From a virus (taxonomy: Duplodnaviria; Caudoviricetes): 30,045 nt of DNA. Shown here in pieces: positions 10,701 through 18,228 of this stretch. The notes beneath the pieces were generated by a model. It made no database searches. It was not told where the DNA came from and worked only from the letters and a program-made list of their open reading frames with translations. The DNA is taken from the IMG/VR virus record IMGVR_UViG_3300027749_000372, positions 1 through 30,045 of that record, one strand, 5' to 3'. Position 1 is the stretch's first letter. The number at the start of each line of letters is the position of its first letter. The translations under genes were made by a program, and so were the position numbers.

Positions 10701-11232
10701 TTTGTTTGGCACCTGGACGACCTACTCGTTGGGTATTGACCAAGGCAGCATTGATAATGGTTGTGAATTGTTCTACCCAGTTGAAGTTGGTAGGGTCATT
10801 CCAGTTTATGGTCACATTGGCCAGGTTCACGCCATTGAAGTCTGTGACGTTTTCTGTGGTCTGTACTGAGAATACTTTCAAATAGCCCTGGGCGGCTGTG
10901 TTGCGTTTGGGCGTGTAACTGACCAGTTCGGCCAATTTGACCACACTGTCTCTACGCTCGGCTGTGCCTAGGTAGTTTTCTCTGGTGTTTAGATCATTGC
11001 GGAAACTCATGGCTTGACCCATGAATGCAACTACATCCAGCATGGCAATAAATTCTGAACTTTCAATGTAGTCATTGAAACTTTCAGGATAGTATTGACG
11101 TATGTAGTCTACAAAACTCTTGCGCAAGGCCTCAAAGTTGTAACTTTGAAAGTCTGCCTCTCGATAGGTTTCGTAGATGCGTTTCCAATCTTCAACGCCA
11201 AATACAACTGTTTGTCTTGTGGTTCTTGCCAT
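7792..11232 (-). CDS. gp6: Baseplate wedge subunit, T4 gp6-like (1146 aa)
   Basis: N-terminal FNDYIESSEFIAMLDVVAF...ENYLGTAERRDSVVKLAELVSYTPKR, central ETLDEIKQRAPARYYTQDRMVNGEDY and C-terminal WDFGQTFYFSEL match the gp6/baseplate J family. Adjacent to gp25. Confidence 0.9.
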   Translation of the reverse strand: MARTTRQTVVFGVEDWKRIYETYREADFQSYNFEALRKSFVDYIRQYYPESFNDYIESSEFIAMLDVVAFMGQAMSFRNDLNTRENYLGTAERRDSVVKLAELVSYTPKRNTAAQGYLKVFSVQTTENVTDFNGVNLANVTINWNDPTNFNWVEQFTTIINAALVNTQRVGRPGAKQTVVGVDTSEYSVNLVPGYLPVIPYTATVDGINMPFEAVNSTSVGRDYVYEPSPLPNGIFNVLFRNDQLGFASANTGYFFYFKQGVLQNQDFNLGERVSNQTVNINIEGVNNEDRWLYQLDTVGNVQYEWQYVQSVYAAATEQLAPDQRKLFSVVSRTNDQITLTFGDGVFSTIPVGTFRAYVRASNGLSYIINPEEMQSVVIPISYVSRTGNIETITFTCGITQPVSNAQPRETLDEIKQRAPARYYTQDRMVNGEDYNNFPFTLYNSIIKSKALNRASIGTSRYLDLVDNTGKYSSTNMFGSDGALWRENQLPTFNFTWLTRNDIATVITNQIQPLLVSTGLDQFYYANFPRPNLVPTGLTWHESTTLANETTGYFVNSQIYPAAIGTYSSTVSKYIQVGSLVKFVPPPGYYFDSNNQLKLGLPTVDNDRLIIWASPTAIVLDGTNQGQGNFANGTGPVILNNFVPTGAIPVSVIPLFVTNLPSTTVTSITDQMLLYRNFGLGYNNLTATWYVITSTNLAVNATFSLANAQSTTGTNQDASWLIQFVTNGSSYTVTSRGLFYLFGSVLQTRFFFETGQRIYDSRTGTVISDFVNVLKTNSVPDTHVPLPGDIRLSIVGQPVASDGFVDDFEVFVSYEYSANDGAPVDPDFFDEIVAPTVNPTTKLVFFEKTVDFDNLQRYLLVEPGRVNSGYATKDAIEVVMAQYIPGQTFYAYNQTITIGPLAGQLGAFYLLAISVTGVRSLVEVSDQWQARVGRQSLYYQYRHNASLTSRIDPGTTNIIDLYVVVQAYYTAYQNWLRDTTGTVPKPAVPTIDQLSTAYQGLNDYKMISDNVIVNSVVFKPLFGPKAAKELQATIKVIRAADSTASESEIKNLVLANLNTYFSIDKWDFGQTFYFSELAAYIHSNMGGVVSSVVLVPLDPLKSFGDLYEIRSGPSEIFVNGALVSNIEVIVALTSTNIRTAPGSGVI

Positions 11233-11238
11233 AGTAGT

Positions 11239-11270
11239 CCGTTTCTTTTATTTATTGCAAAAATAAACGG
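11239..11270 (-). promoter_or_regulatory. Late promoter motif (ATAAATA, 11255-11249) inside a stem-loop whose 3' arm overlaps the gp6 ribosome-binding region
   Basis: mRNA-sense CCGTTTATTTT-TGCAATAAAT-AAAAGAAACGG-ACTACT-ATG: 10 of 11 stem pairs, with TAAATA mostly in the loop. Confidence 0.65.
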
Positions 11271-11275
11271 CGTAG

Positions 11276-11650
11276 TTATACGTAACTGGCACGTCGGGTT
11301 TCTTGATTGAAAAATATACTCAGTAGTTCGGTTGATTGACTAGGGACCAATTGTACTTGCAGTTCTATTAGCACACCGTTTTGTTGTGGATAGTAGTTGG
11401 CGCCACTGAGGTAAACTCTTGGGTCGCCACCGGCAATTCTTTGTATTTCAGCAAGAATGGCAGTTTCTGTGGTGTTGTCCTGATTTTCAAAGATTGAATC
11501 CAACAGAGTAGAACCGTATGCAGGGCGACCGGGCAAGGTACCTTGACGAATATTAAAAGCATTCAAGAGATCACGCTTGATCAACTCACCATCAGTGAGC
11601 GTGAATTTTTTGTATTGATTGATGGTGCTGTACCCGACAAATGTGGTCAT
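11276..11650 (-). CDS. gp25: Baseplate wedge subunit / sheath initiator, gp25 (GPW/gp25) family
   Basis: 124 aa; LIKRDLLNAFNIRQGTLPGRPAYGS...IFE...DPRV pattern of gp25. Located between the gp5 module and gp6. Confidence 0.9.
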   Translation of the reverse strand: MTTFVGYSTINQYKKFTLTDGELIKRDLLNAFNIRQGTLPGRPAYGSTLLDSIFENQDNTTETAILAEIQRIAGGDPRVYLSGANYYPQQNGVLIELQVQLVPSQSTELLSIFFNQETRRASYV

Positions 11651-11655
11651 ACTGG

Positions 11656-11662
11656 TATTTAT
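11656..11662 (-). promoter_or_regulatory. T4-like late promoter motif ATAAATA, 5 nt before the gp25 ATG
   Basis: Minus strand CATAAATACCAGTATG in a 20-nt intergenic gap; no Shine-Dalgarno visible. Confidence 0.7.
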
Positions 11663-11670
11663 GTGTGCAA

Positions 11671-13170
11671 TTACCAGAAACTAGCAATGAACTCAACTGC
11701 GGCTTCGGCCAAGGGTGCGGCTTCGGCTATGACTGTTTCTGATCCGCTCAACAAGGCAGATGCGTCAAGTCCTGTCAAGGTAGTGATATCAAGACCCAGC
11801 AAATCAAGTCCGGCAGCAGCCAATTCTTTTGCATCTAGTCCCAGTGCTTCTGCGCCGTTTTTAAACAGGTCTGATCCAATACTTTGTAAACTACCTAATA
11901 CTTCTCCTGATCCCGGAATGTCAGCCAGCAAGGCACCAACTCCAGGTAAATTTTTTGCTTGGTCCAGCAATTGTGCGGCACCTTTTATTTCACTTACGAG
12001 TCCTTGTCCTGATTGCAACAGGCTCATGATGCTGTTTGCACCTGGTATCTGACTCAATAAAGATACACCTGCCGCAGTGGATGCCAACTGAGAGAGCAAG
12101 ATCGACGACGATTGATTAATTGTGCTAAGTTGAGCAACTTGAGTTCGTATGTCAATGCCCAGTACAGGGTTGGCAAATATGTTGGCAGGTATTTTATTGG
12201 TACCAATTATGCTGTTGAAAGCAGTATCTATCACTGAGCGATTTACTGTGTGAGAATAACCCCGAGGAGATTGAACACCTGTCTGTAATGGATTGCCGCC
12301 TCCACTCACTGATTGGTTTACCGAACCAAAACTCATGCCAAACACTGATTCAATGGCAGATGTGGTCAACTGTCCAATGTCGCTGCCGCCTAGAGTATTG
12401 TTCAACCATGACGTGGTGGCTTCCAGGCCATAATTGGCAGCATTGTTGACCACAGCGCCCAGGTCTGTTGTAGAACCAAACACATTGTTTATAGTGTCAG
12501 ACACAACTCCTAATTCTGATAGATTGTTGTAACTGCTGGCCAAAGTGCTTTGTTGTGCAATGTTTTGCAGAGTTGGATTAGACAACAAAGCATCTAGGCT
12601 TTCTGCGCCACCCTTACCAGTCCATACTGTGGGACTACTAAGAATTGACACTAAATTTGCAGGGTCTTGATTGATCAATTCTGCTGTGCCAGGTTTGATC
12701 AGGCCTGCCTGTTGCAGTTGATCGGCTGACAGTCCATATGTGCCCAGACCTTTTTGATTTGTGACTTCTGTGGGCAGTTGATTTACTGCTGCCGAAGTAG
12801 ACGATAGCAGTCCTTGTATCTGTGTGGTTGATAATGGTCCTACAACACTGCCAGCCAATACCTGAGTGTTTACAAAATTTGATATTGTGGTGGGATTCAG
12901 TGCAGGAAGATTTGGTATCTTGGTCAGAACACTGCCAATTTGAGATACTGTGCTGGGCGTGATAGATCCTGTAACCTGTGCCAATGCTGTGGTCAAGCCG
13001 CCTTTGGCTTGAATCAGGCTGTTTAACACATCGCCGATTCGGAGTCCTGAGAGACTGCCTGTTGATGACTGTTGATTGAAAATTGCCAAGGCTTGATCGT
13101 AGGTAGATCCTGCTGGTCCATTCATTTCGATTGTTTGACCTAACGGTGTGACAAATTTAAAAACGTTCAT
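11671..13170 (-). CDS. Tail/baseplate-associated protein with a probable degenerate lysozyme-like domain (499 aa)
   Basis: Start moved to ATG 13170, which gives an ATGA overlap with the gp5 stop. GLGTYGLSADQLQQAGLIKPG...VWTGKGGAESLDALLSNPTLQ resembles the GKYQ...L...GY...WTGK.G..S...FL..P..Q lysozyme-like domain of phage tail proteins (recognised from memory). CDS is secure; function is tentative. Confidence 0.6.
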   Translation of the reverse strand: MNVFKFVTPLGQTIEMNGPAGSTYDQALAIFNQQSSTGSLSGLRIGDVLNSLIQAKGGLTTALAQVTGSITPSTVSQIGSVLTKIPNLPALNPTTISNFVNTQVLAGSVVGPLSTTQIQGLLSSTSAAVNQLPTEVTNQKGLGTYGLSADQLQQAGLIKPGTAELINQDPANLVSILSSPTVWTGKGGAESLDALLSNPTLQNIAQQSTLASSYNNLSELGVVSDTINNVFGSTTDLGAVVNNAANYGLEATTSWLNNTLGGSDIGQLTTSAIESVFGMSFGSVNQSVSGGGNPLQTGVQSPRGYSHTVNRSVIDTAFNSIIGTNKIPANIFANPVLGIDIRTQVAQLSTINQSSSILLSQLASTAAGVSLLSQIPGANSIMSLLQSGQGLVSEIKGAAQLLDQAKNLPGVGALLADIPGSGEVLGSLQSIGSDLFKNGAEALGLDAKELAAAGLDLLGLDITTLTGLDASALLSGSETVIAEAAPLAEAAVEFIASFW

Positions 13171-14672
13171 TTGACTTGTAAATTCCAACCTGCGGGCACT
13201 GGCTCAGCAGTGGGAGGCGGTGTGGGTTGTCCATCGACAAAATCTACTATCACACTAACACCTTGGTTGTGATATTTATAAGGTTCATGGGTTGGTGCCC
13301 GAGTCACAATGCTTTCCAGTGCGCCTGCTTTGACTTGCCAACCTTTGGTGTTGTTGAACACAGTGTCGTCCAAAGTGCGTTTGGGATAAAGTTTAGGGGG
13401 TGTCACTGTCTTGGCTGAGCCACCATTGAGATCGATACGTCCTGCCTTGAGTGCCAGTTTTGTTCCGCCTTGCCAAGAACTAGAGGCACCTTGTAGACTC
13501 AGACTGCCGTCGCTACGGATGCCCAGTGCGGCCGTGCTGTACAAGGTCATGCCTGCTTCGGCAGCCAGGTTCATTGAAGTCACTGCACCTATGTTGGTGG
13601 CTGCTCCACTCTTCATGCTGATATTGCCGCCAGCATACATGTTGATATCCTTGTCGGCGTGTAAGTTGATTGTGCCTTCTGTGCGCACGTTCACCGAGTT
13701 GGTGGAGTACACATCTACAGTGCCTTCTACTCCCAGTTCGATCCAGGTTTGTCCATTGGCATGAGCAATATAGATAAAGTCAGCAGAGTCATTCATCATG
13801 ACTTGATGACCCTTGGCTGACCTCATGCGGAACAGGGCATTGTTGCCGTCAAGGTCTCCGTCATCCATCACAAGAGTGTGTCCGCCGTAACGACCAATTA
13901 TCTTGACATCTTGTGGATTTACTGTGGTAGTACTCAATTGTTTTCTTATGGCAGCAGGATCCTGCCCGCCAGCATACACCGGCTTGCCCGGAGTTGATAT
14001 ACCATAAACTGTGCTGGGGCTTTCTCTTTGTGCTGTGGAACCAATGGGGCCACGTTCAGTATCGTTCACAAGTCCCTGTTGAAAGTATATGGCCGCCTGT
14101 ACCGAGTGTACTGGTTTGGGTTGATCAAAGAATCTGGGATTCTGTTCAGTTTCTCGATTTTCTGTGTTGATTTCAGTAACTGGTAACTGTGCTGAGTTGG
14201 CAAAGTATGCTGCCTGTGCCTTGTTGTCTGTTACGTATTGCCCTTTGGGCGACGCTCCGATGGCCGGCAACATGTGATTGAGACCTGGTTCAGGAATACA
14301 GCCCACATAGTATCCCAGGTTAGGATCCCCGTTGACAAAAAAGCACAACACTCGTGTGCCAATGTCTGGAGGAGTAAACCACATGCCGTAACTCTGCTGG
14401 TTACCTGGATAGGTACCGGCTCCTGTGCTGGTACTGTCCTTGGGTGTGAGACCATAGAATGGTGGTAGGTAGTTGACTGTTCGCCAGGTGCTGGGACTGT
14501 CTTCCTCGCCCTGATTGAACTGTTCAATGAAAACTTTGAGTTGACCACCACGAGCATCATCCACATTGTTTTTGACTGTGCCCACAAATGGACCCACGTC
14601 TGCAATCTGCCCACCGCGGTCAAATTTAAAATTTTGTGATCTACCTGAACTTCGTTCTAGATTTTCTGCCAT
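13167..14672 (-). CDS. gp5: Baseplate central spike, gp5/VgrG-like (OB-fold plus beta-helix), 501 aa
   Basis: GTVKNNVDDARGGQLKVFI...SYGMWFTPPDIGTRVLCFFVNGDPNLGYYVG OB-fold. GHTLVMDDG...RMRSAKGHQVMMND...GQTWIEL beta-helix entry, then short beta repeats and PTHEPY. SD AAGGA upstream. Confidence 0.85.
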   Translation of the reverse strand: MAENLERSSGRSQNFKFDRGGQIADVGPFVGTVKNNVDDARGGQLKVFIEQFNQGEEDSPSTWRTVNYLPPFYGLTPKDSTSTGAGTYPGNQQSYGMWFTPPDIGTRVLCFFVNGDPNLGYYVGCIPEPGLNHMLPAIGASPKGQYVTDNKAQAAYFANSAQLPVTEINTENRETEQNPRFFDQPKPVHSVQAAIYFQQGLVNDTERGPIGSTAQRESPSTVYGISTPGKPVYAGGQDPAAIRKQLSTTTVNPQDVKIIGRYGGHTLVMDDGDLDGNNALFRMRSAKGHQVMMNDSADFIYIAHANGQTWIELGVEGTVDVYSTNSVNVRTEGTINLHADKDINMYAGGNISMKSGAATNIGAVTSMNLAAEAGMTLYSTAALGIRSDGSLSLQGASSSWQGGTKLALKAGRIDLNGGSAKTVTPPKLYPKRTLDDTVFNNTKGWQVKAGALESIVTRAPTHEPYKYHNQGVSVIVDFVDGQPTPPPTAEPVPAGWNLQVK

Positions 14673-14681
14673 TGCTGTTCC

Positions 14682-16376
14682 TTATCCTGGTCCGCCATCC
14701 TTGGCTATTGTTTGTGGTGCTTTGGGCGTGCCTGCTGCCGAAGTACTGTTGGCAATACTTTGCAAATATATACGGCCGCCCAGGGCTTGTATATCTCGTT
14801 CACTGCCATTGGCCAGCACAGCCTGGGCCTCGGCTACTCCTATTCTACCTGACACTATTTCGTTGTTGGCTGCTCCAATGGCCACTGCGGCAAGATTGGT
14901 TCTGCCATCTCGACGAGTACTACTTTCACCCCATGAATCATTTTGTTTACCAAAATCAAATGCTCCGAATTGTGAAGCCGCTCTGGACTGATTATCTGTA
15001 GGTGTTTTTGCCGGCCGGCCAGCATCTGTTCCTGCATTGACATCGTAACGTGCTATTGATCCTGACAGTTCTTGTGTGAATTTTCCACCTTTGAATATGT
15101 GTGTGACTGATACGCCTACATAAGTGGTAGCCTCTCTTGACAGTCCTGCTATACCGTTTTGTCTATCAGCAAAATAATTTGTGGTGCCTGGATCTAGCAG
15201 TCCTGTTTGTAAATTATAGTCTGTGGGTCTGTTCCAGCCCACACTAAAATAAGCACCGCTTGCTGTGGTGTTAATGGCACCATCAGGGTAGAAAGCGGCA
15301 GTAGTGAAATTTGATTCTATAGTTTGCTCTAGTGGGCTTGGCAGCCAGGCCGGATCACCAACAATGGTTAATTTTGCTTCATCTAAATCAGTACTGTAAA
15401 GCCAATCGGCTGCATTGGCACCAGATTCATACACTCGTTGTTCTGCACCCTGACTGCTTTGACCACTGGCAGGAAACACCTGTGCCTTCCACTGTTCTCT
15501 TGTGTTTGACTGTTGCGTTTGACTGATCTGTGAAGGCACATCATTGGTCACGGCCTGTGTCCATTGATGATTGAAATGCTGTTCAAAGTTGAGTACCTGA
15601 GTGTTTTGTCCTGTAAACCAATAGTTGTAGTTTTTATGTACGCCTCTGAACTGTGCCGGAGCAAAAAAAGTACTCAGCATGGGCACTTCATAAGGAGTAA
15701 CAACAAAAGTCATGCGATATGCATTGTCATGACGTTTTCTATCATACCCCAAAGATTGTGTCTGAACAACTATGTTGTACCAGACAAATTGCTGTGCTGA
15801 CTTTCCATTCAATTCCCAGGTCTTGGTTTGAGTGTTCCAGAATACTCTGGATTGATTGATAATGTAGTTGCTACTTCTGATCACTTGATCAATAAATTGT
15901 ATGATCTGTTGCCCTGCACTGGCAGCGCGAGTGCGAACTGTGGGATCAATACTTTGTTTGTTTGGCAACAGTTGTTGTGCGGCAGTGAGGTTGCTAGATC
16001 CCCCGGTCAGAGTCTTGTCAAAGTCACCTGCTGGCACCATGCTGGCTGTGGCAATCATGTCATCCACAAACTTGATTTCAAAGATATCGGCTTTCTCTAT
16101 CAAGGGATTGGGCTTGCCATTAGGGTCTTTGTTGTCAAGCAATTTCTGTTGTTCAGCATTCAATGCCGCAATTAAACCTGTGCCTATGGTGTTGACTGAT
16201 GGTTTGGGAGCATTGTTGGCCTTGGTAGGCGCTTTGGTCGTTGTTGTTGCCTTGGGCACATTGTAGCCTGCTTCGGCTGTGATAGCACTGTAGCCTCCTC
16301 TACCTTTGGTCACCGAATTTGCTGTTGCTATACGGTTACTATTGAGTGCTGGATTTAAATTTCCTATGCCGGGCAT
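14682..16376 (-). CDS. Baseplate hub-like protein (gp27-like), C-terminal portion, 564 aa
   Basis: KNYNYWFTGQNTQVLNFE, AKLTIVGDPAWL and SVTHIFKGGKFTQEL resemble gp27/GpD hub motifs. Lies immediately upstream of gp5. Confidence 0.65.
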   Translation of the reverse strand: MPGIGNLNPALNSNRIATANSVTKGRGGYSAITAEAGYNVPKATTTTKAPTKANNAPKPSVNTIGTGLIAALNAEQQKLLDNKDPNGKPNPLIEKADIFEIKFVDDMIATASMVPAGDFDKTLTGGSSNLTAAQQLLPNKQSIDPTVRTRAASAGQQIIQFIDQVIRSSNYIINQSRVFWNTQTKTWELNGKSAQQFVWYNIVVQTQSLGYDRKRHDNAYRMTFVVTPYEVPMLSTFFAPAQFRGVHKNYNYWFTGQNTQVLNFEQHFNHQWTQAVTNDVPSQISQTQQSNTREQWKAQVFPASGQSSQGAEQRVYESGANAADWLYSTDLDEAKLTIVGDPAWLPSPLEQTIESNFTTAAFYPDGAINTTASGAYFSVGWNRPTDYNLQTGLLDPGTTNYFADRQNGIAGLSREATTYVGVSVTHIFKGGKFTQELSGSIARYDVNAGTDAGRPAKTPTDNQSRAASQFGAFDFGKQNDSWGESSTRRDGRTNLAAVAIGAANNEIVSGRIGVAEAQAVLANGSERDIQALGGRIYLQSIANSTSAAGTPKAPQTIAKDGGPG

Positions 16377-17926
16377 TATAGTCCTCCTCCACCAAAGGCC
16401 ATGCCTTGGTCATTCACTGTGTTTGGATCTGTTCCTGCCGCAATAGCGGCCTGTTCCCGCATGGACAAGTCACTAACCTTGACTGGAGGAGACGACTTGA
16501 TCGGAACTCCGTTACGAGTTTGGTCGCCGGCTGCTTGTGATGCTGTTTGTTGTTGTATTTGCCCTACCAGGATGTCTCGTACTGTGGCTCCTGAGAATTG
16601 ATAATTTGCAGGTATACTGCCACGATTGGATGATAGTCCTGTGGCAGTACCTGGTGCTGCCCCGGTGATTTTATACTCTACCAATCTATTGGATATTGAG
16701 TATGTCAAATCAGTCAAAATAAAGTATATGAATTTTTCAACCACTGCTCGACTGTCAGTGGCACCTGTGTTTCTGGCAATAGGTTGAATCAAGTTGCCCG
16801 ATTCGTCGTAGCCATAAAATCTTATGACCATGACATATTGCCCTGATGCATAATTCACATCGTCTGTGGGTCTCACCAGTCCTTTGGTTCTGTACAAGTC
16901 AGTGATTGCGGCATACAGATTTTGCGGTAGGCTGATGCCATTGGGCTCGCTTATGGTAAATGACACGTCTGTGTGCTGTGATGGGCCTCCCGAATCTAGG
17001 CTTGAACTCAAGGCTGTGTGACAGATGAAATTATCTATGTAATAATCTAGATTGAAGTAGGGATTACGGCCAGCGGTTCCGGCCAGGGGTCCTGTTTCGC
17101 CTGGATTAACAATGCCAGTTGATACTGGTGCACCACCACTTTGTGCCAATAGATAATAACTGTTGAGATCTTTTTTAGGACTCACAACCAGTTGGTTGTA
17201 GGCATCAGGATCTATGAGATACCAACTGAGTGAGTAGGTGTAACTGGGATATTGGTCTAAGATATTGTCTTGTGCCAAGATAGCATTGGTTGGGCCGGCA
17301 TACAATTGATCCAGTCTGTTTCTCAATGCACTGGAGCCTGTTGGCCCGCCACCTGAGCCACGCTGATCATCTGGCGCAGCCCCTGCTCCAGGGCCGCCTA
17401 CAGATGCTGTGGCAGCATTGCCGCCTACAGATGTTGTGGCAGCATTTATTGTGGCATTGGTTGTGCCAAGTACATTTGTTGTAAAAGGATTGGATAGTGT
17501 TTGCGGTGTGGCCTGTGTTTGAGAGATAGTTCTGGTTTCAGCATTGGTACCAGCATTACCGTTAGTTTCTGTGGTGGGAGTCACTGAGGCGTTGGTGCCC
17601 GATCCTGAGCCTTCGGGTTCAATTCTCCCAGTGGGTGTTAGTACTTCAGCCGCGACTATTGGGCGTGTGGCATTGGCATTATTATCTCTGGCCTTATTGG
17701 CATTGCCCACAGTAACGCCAGCACTGGCTGTAGCCAGTACAGATTTTAATTCTGCTTCCAGGGCCAGAATCTGTCCAGGAATGTTTGCAACCTCGTCTTG
17801 GTATCTGGCCAGAATGGCCTGGTTGCTGGATAGATTTGGATTTAGATCTTTCAGTCCGTTGCGAGCAATTCGCAATCTATCTCGTAATCGAGCGATTTCG
17901 GCGGTGATCTCTTGTGCTGTGGCCAT
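16376..17926 (-). CDS. Baseplate hub-like protein, N-terminal portion with long low-complexity leader, 516 aa
   Basis: NILDQYPSYTYSLSWY, DYYIDN, VSFTISEPNGISL and YVMVIRFYGYDESG motifs; sits between gp53 and gp5. N-terminal coiled coil followed by a T/A/G/N-rich linker. Confidence 0.6.
   Translation of the reverse strand: MATAQEITAEIARLRDRLRIARNGLKDLNPNLSSNQAILARYQDEVANIPGQILALEAELKSVLATASAGVTVGNANKARDNNANATRPIVAAEVLTPTGRIEPEGSGSGTNASVTPTTETNGNAGTNAETRTISQTQATPQTLSNPFTTNVLGTTNATINAATTSVGGNAATASVGGPGAGAAPDDQRGSGGGPTGSSALRNRLDQLYAGPTNAILAQDNILDQYPSYTYSLSWYLIDPDAYNQLVVSPKKDLNSYYLLAQSGGAPVSTGIVNPGETGPLAGTAGRNPYFNLDYYIDNFICHTALSSSLDSGGPSQHTDVSFTISEPNGISLPQNLYAAITDLYRTKGLVRPTDDVNYASGQYVMVIRFYGYDESGNLIQPIARNTGATDSRAVVEKFIYFILTDLTYSISNRLVEYKITGAAPGTATGLSSNRGSIPANYQFSGATVRDILVGQIQQQTASQAAGDQTRNGVPIKSSPPVKVSDLSMREQAAIAAGTDPNTVNDQGMAFGGGGL
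17393..17446. repeat. 27-bp tandem duplication (2 copies, 1 mismatch) encoding NAAT(T/A)SVGG
   Basis: gccgcctacagatgctgtggcagcatt (17393-17419) followed by gccgcctacagatgttgtggcagcatt (17420-17446). Confidence 0.9.
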
Positions 17927-17928
17927 GT

Positions 17929-18228
17929 TTAGAATCCTAACACATTACGTAGCGTAGAGATCTTGGGTAGATAAATTTGTACCCCGGCTCGGAAGTCAAG
18001 AGGTGGTTTGGTCAAGGTATTGGGATTGCGTTGATAAAACACCCACCACAGGGTCGGAGTGTCATAAAGATCATAGGCCAGGAGATCTGGCCTATACTGA
18101 TAGGTTTGGTTTATTAACAAAATCCTGTCATCACCTTGCTTGGGTATGTTACGATTTTGCATTATGTCCAGAAAGAACTGACTGTAGCCAGTGTTGTAGT
18201 AGGCAGTGGTTGAATCATAATTGGCCAT
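17929..18228 (-). CDS. gp53: Baseplate wedge subunit, T4 gp53-like (LysM-like), 99 aa
   Basis: YQYRPDLLAYDLYDTPTLWWVFYQRNP...G.QIYLP is the gp53 signature. Confidence 0.88.
   Translation of the reverse strand: MANYDSTTAYYNTGYSQFFLDIMQNRNIPKQGDDRILLINQTYQYRPDLLAYDLYDTPTLWWVFYQRNPNTLTKPPLDFRAGVQIYLPKISTLRNVLGF

Noticed and set aside
13167-13190. Programmed -1 frameshift fusing gp5 to the next ORF
   Set aside because: G AAT TTA is not a canonical slippery heptamer; the ATGA overlap is adequately explained by translational coupling.
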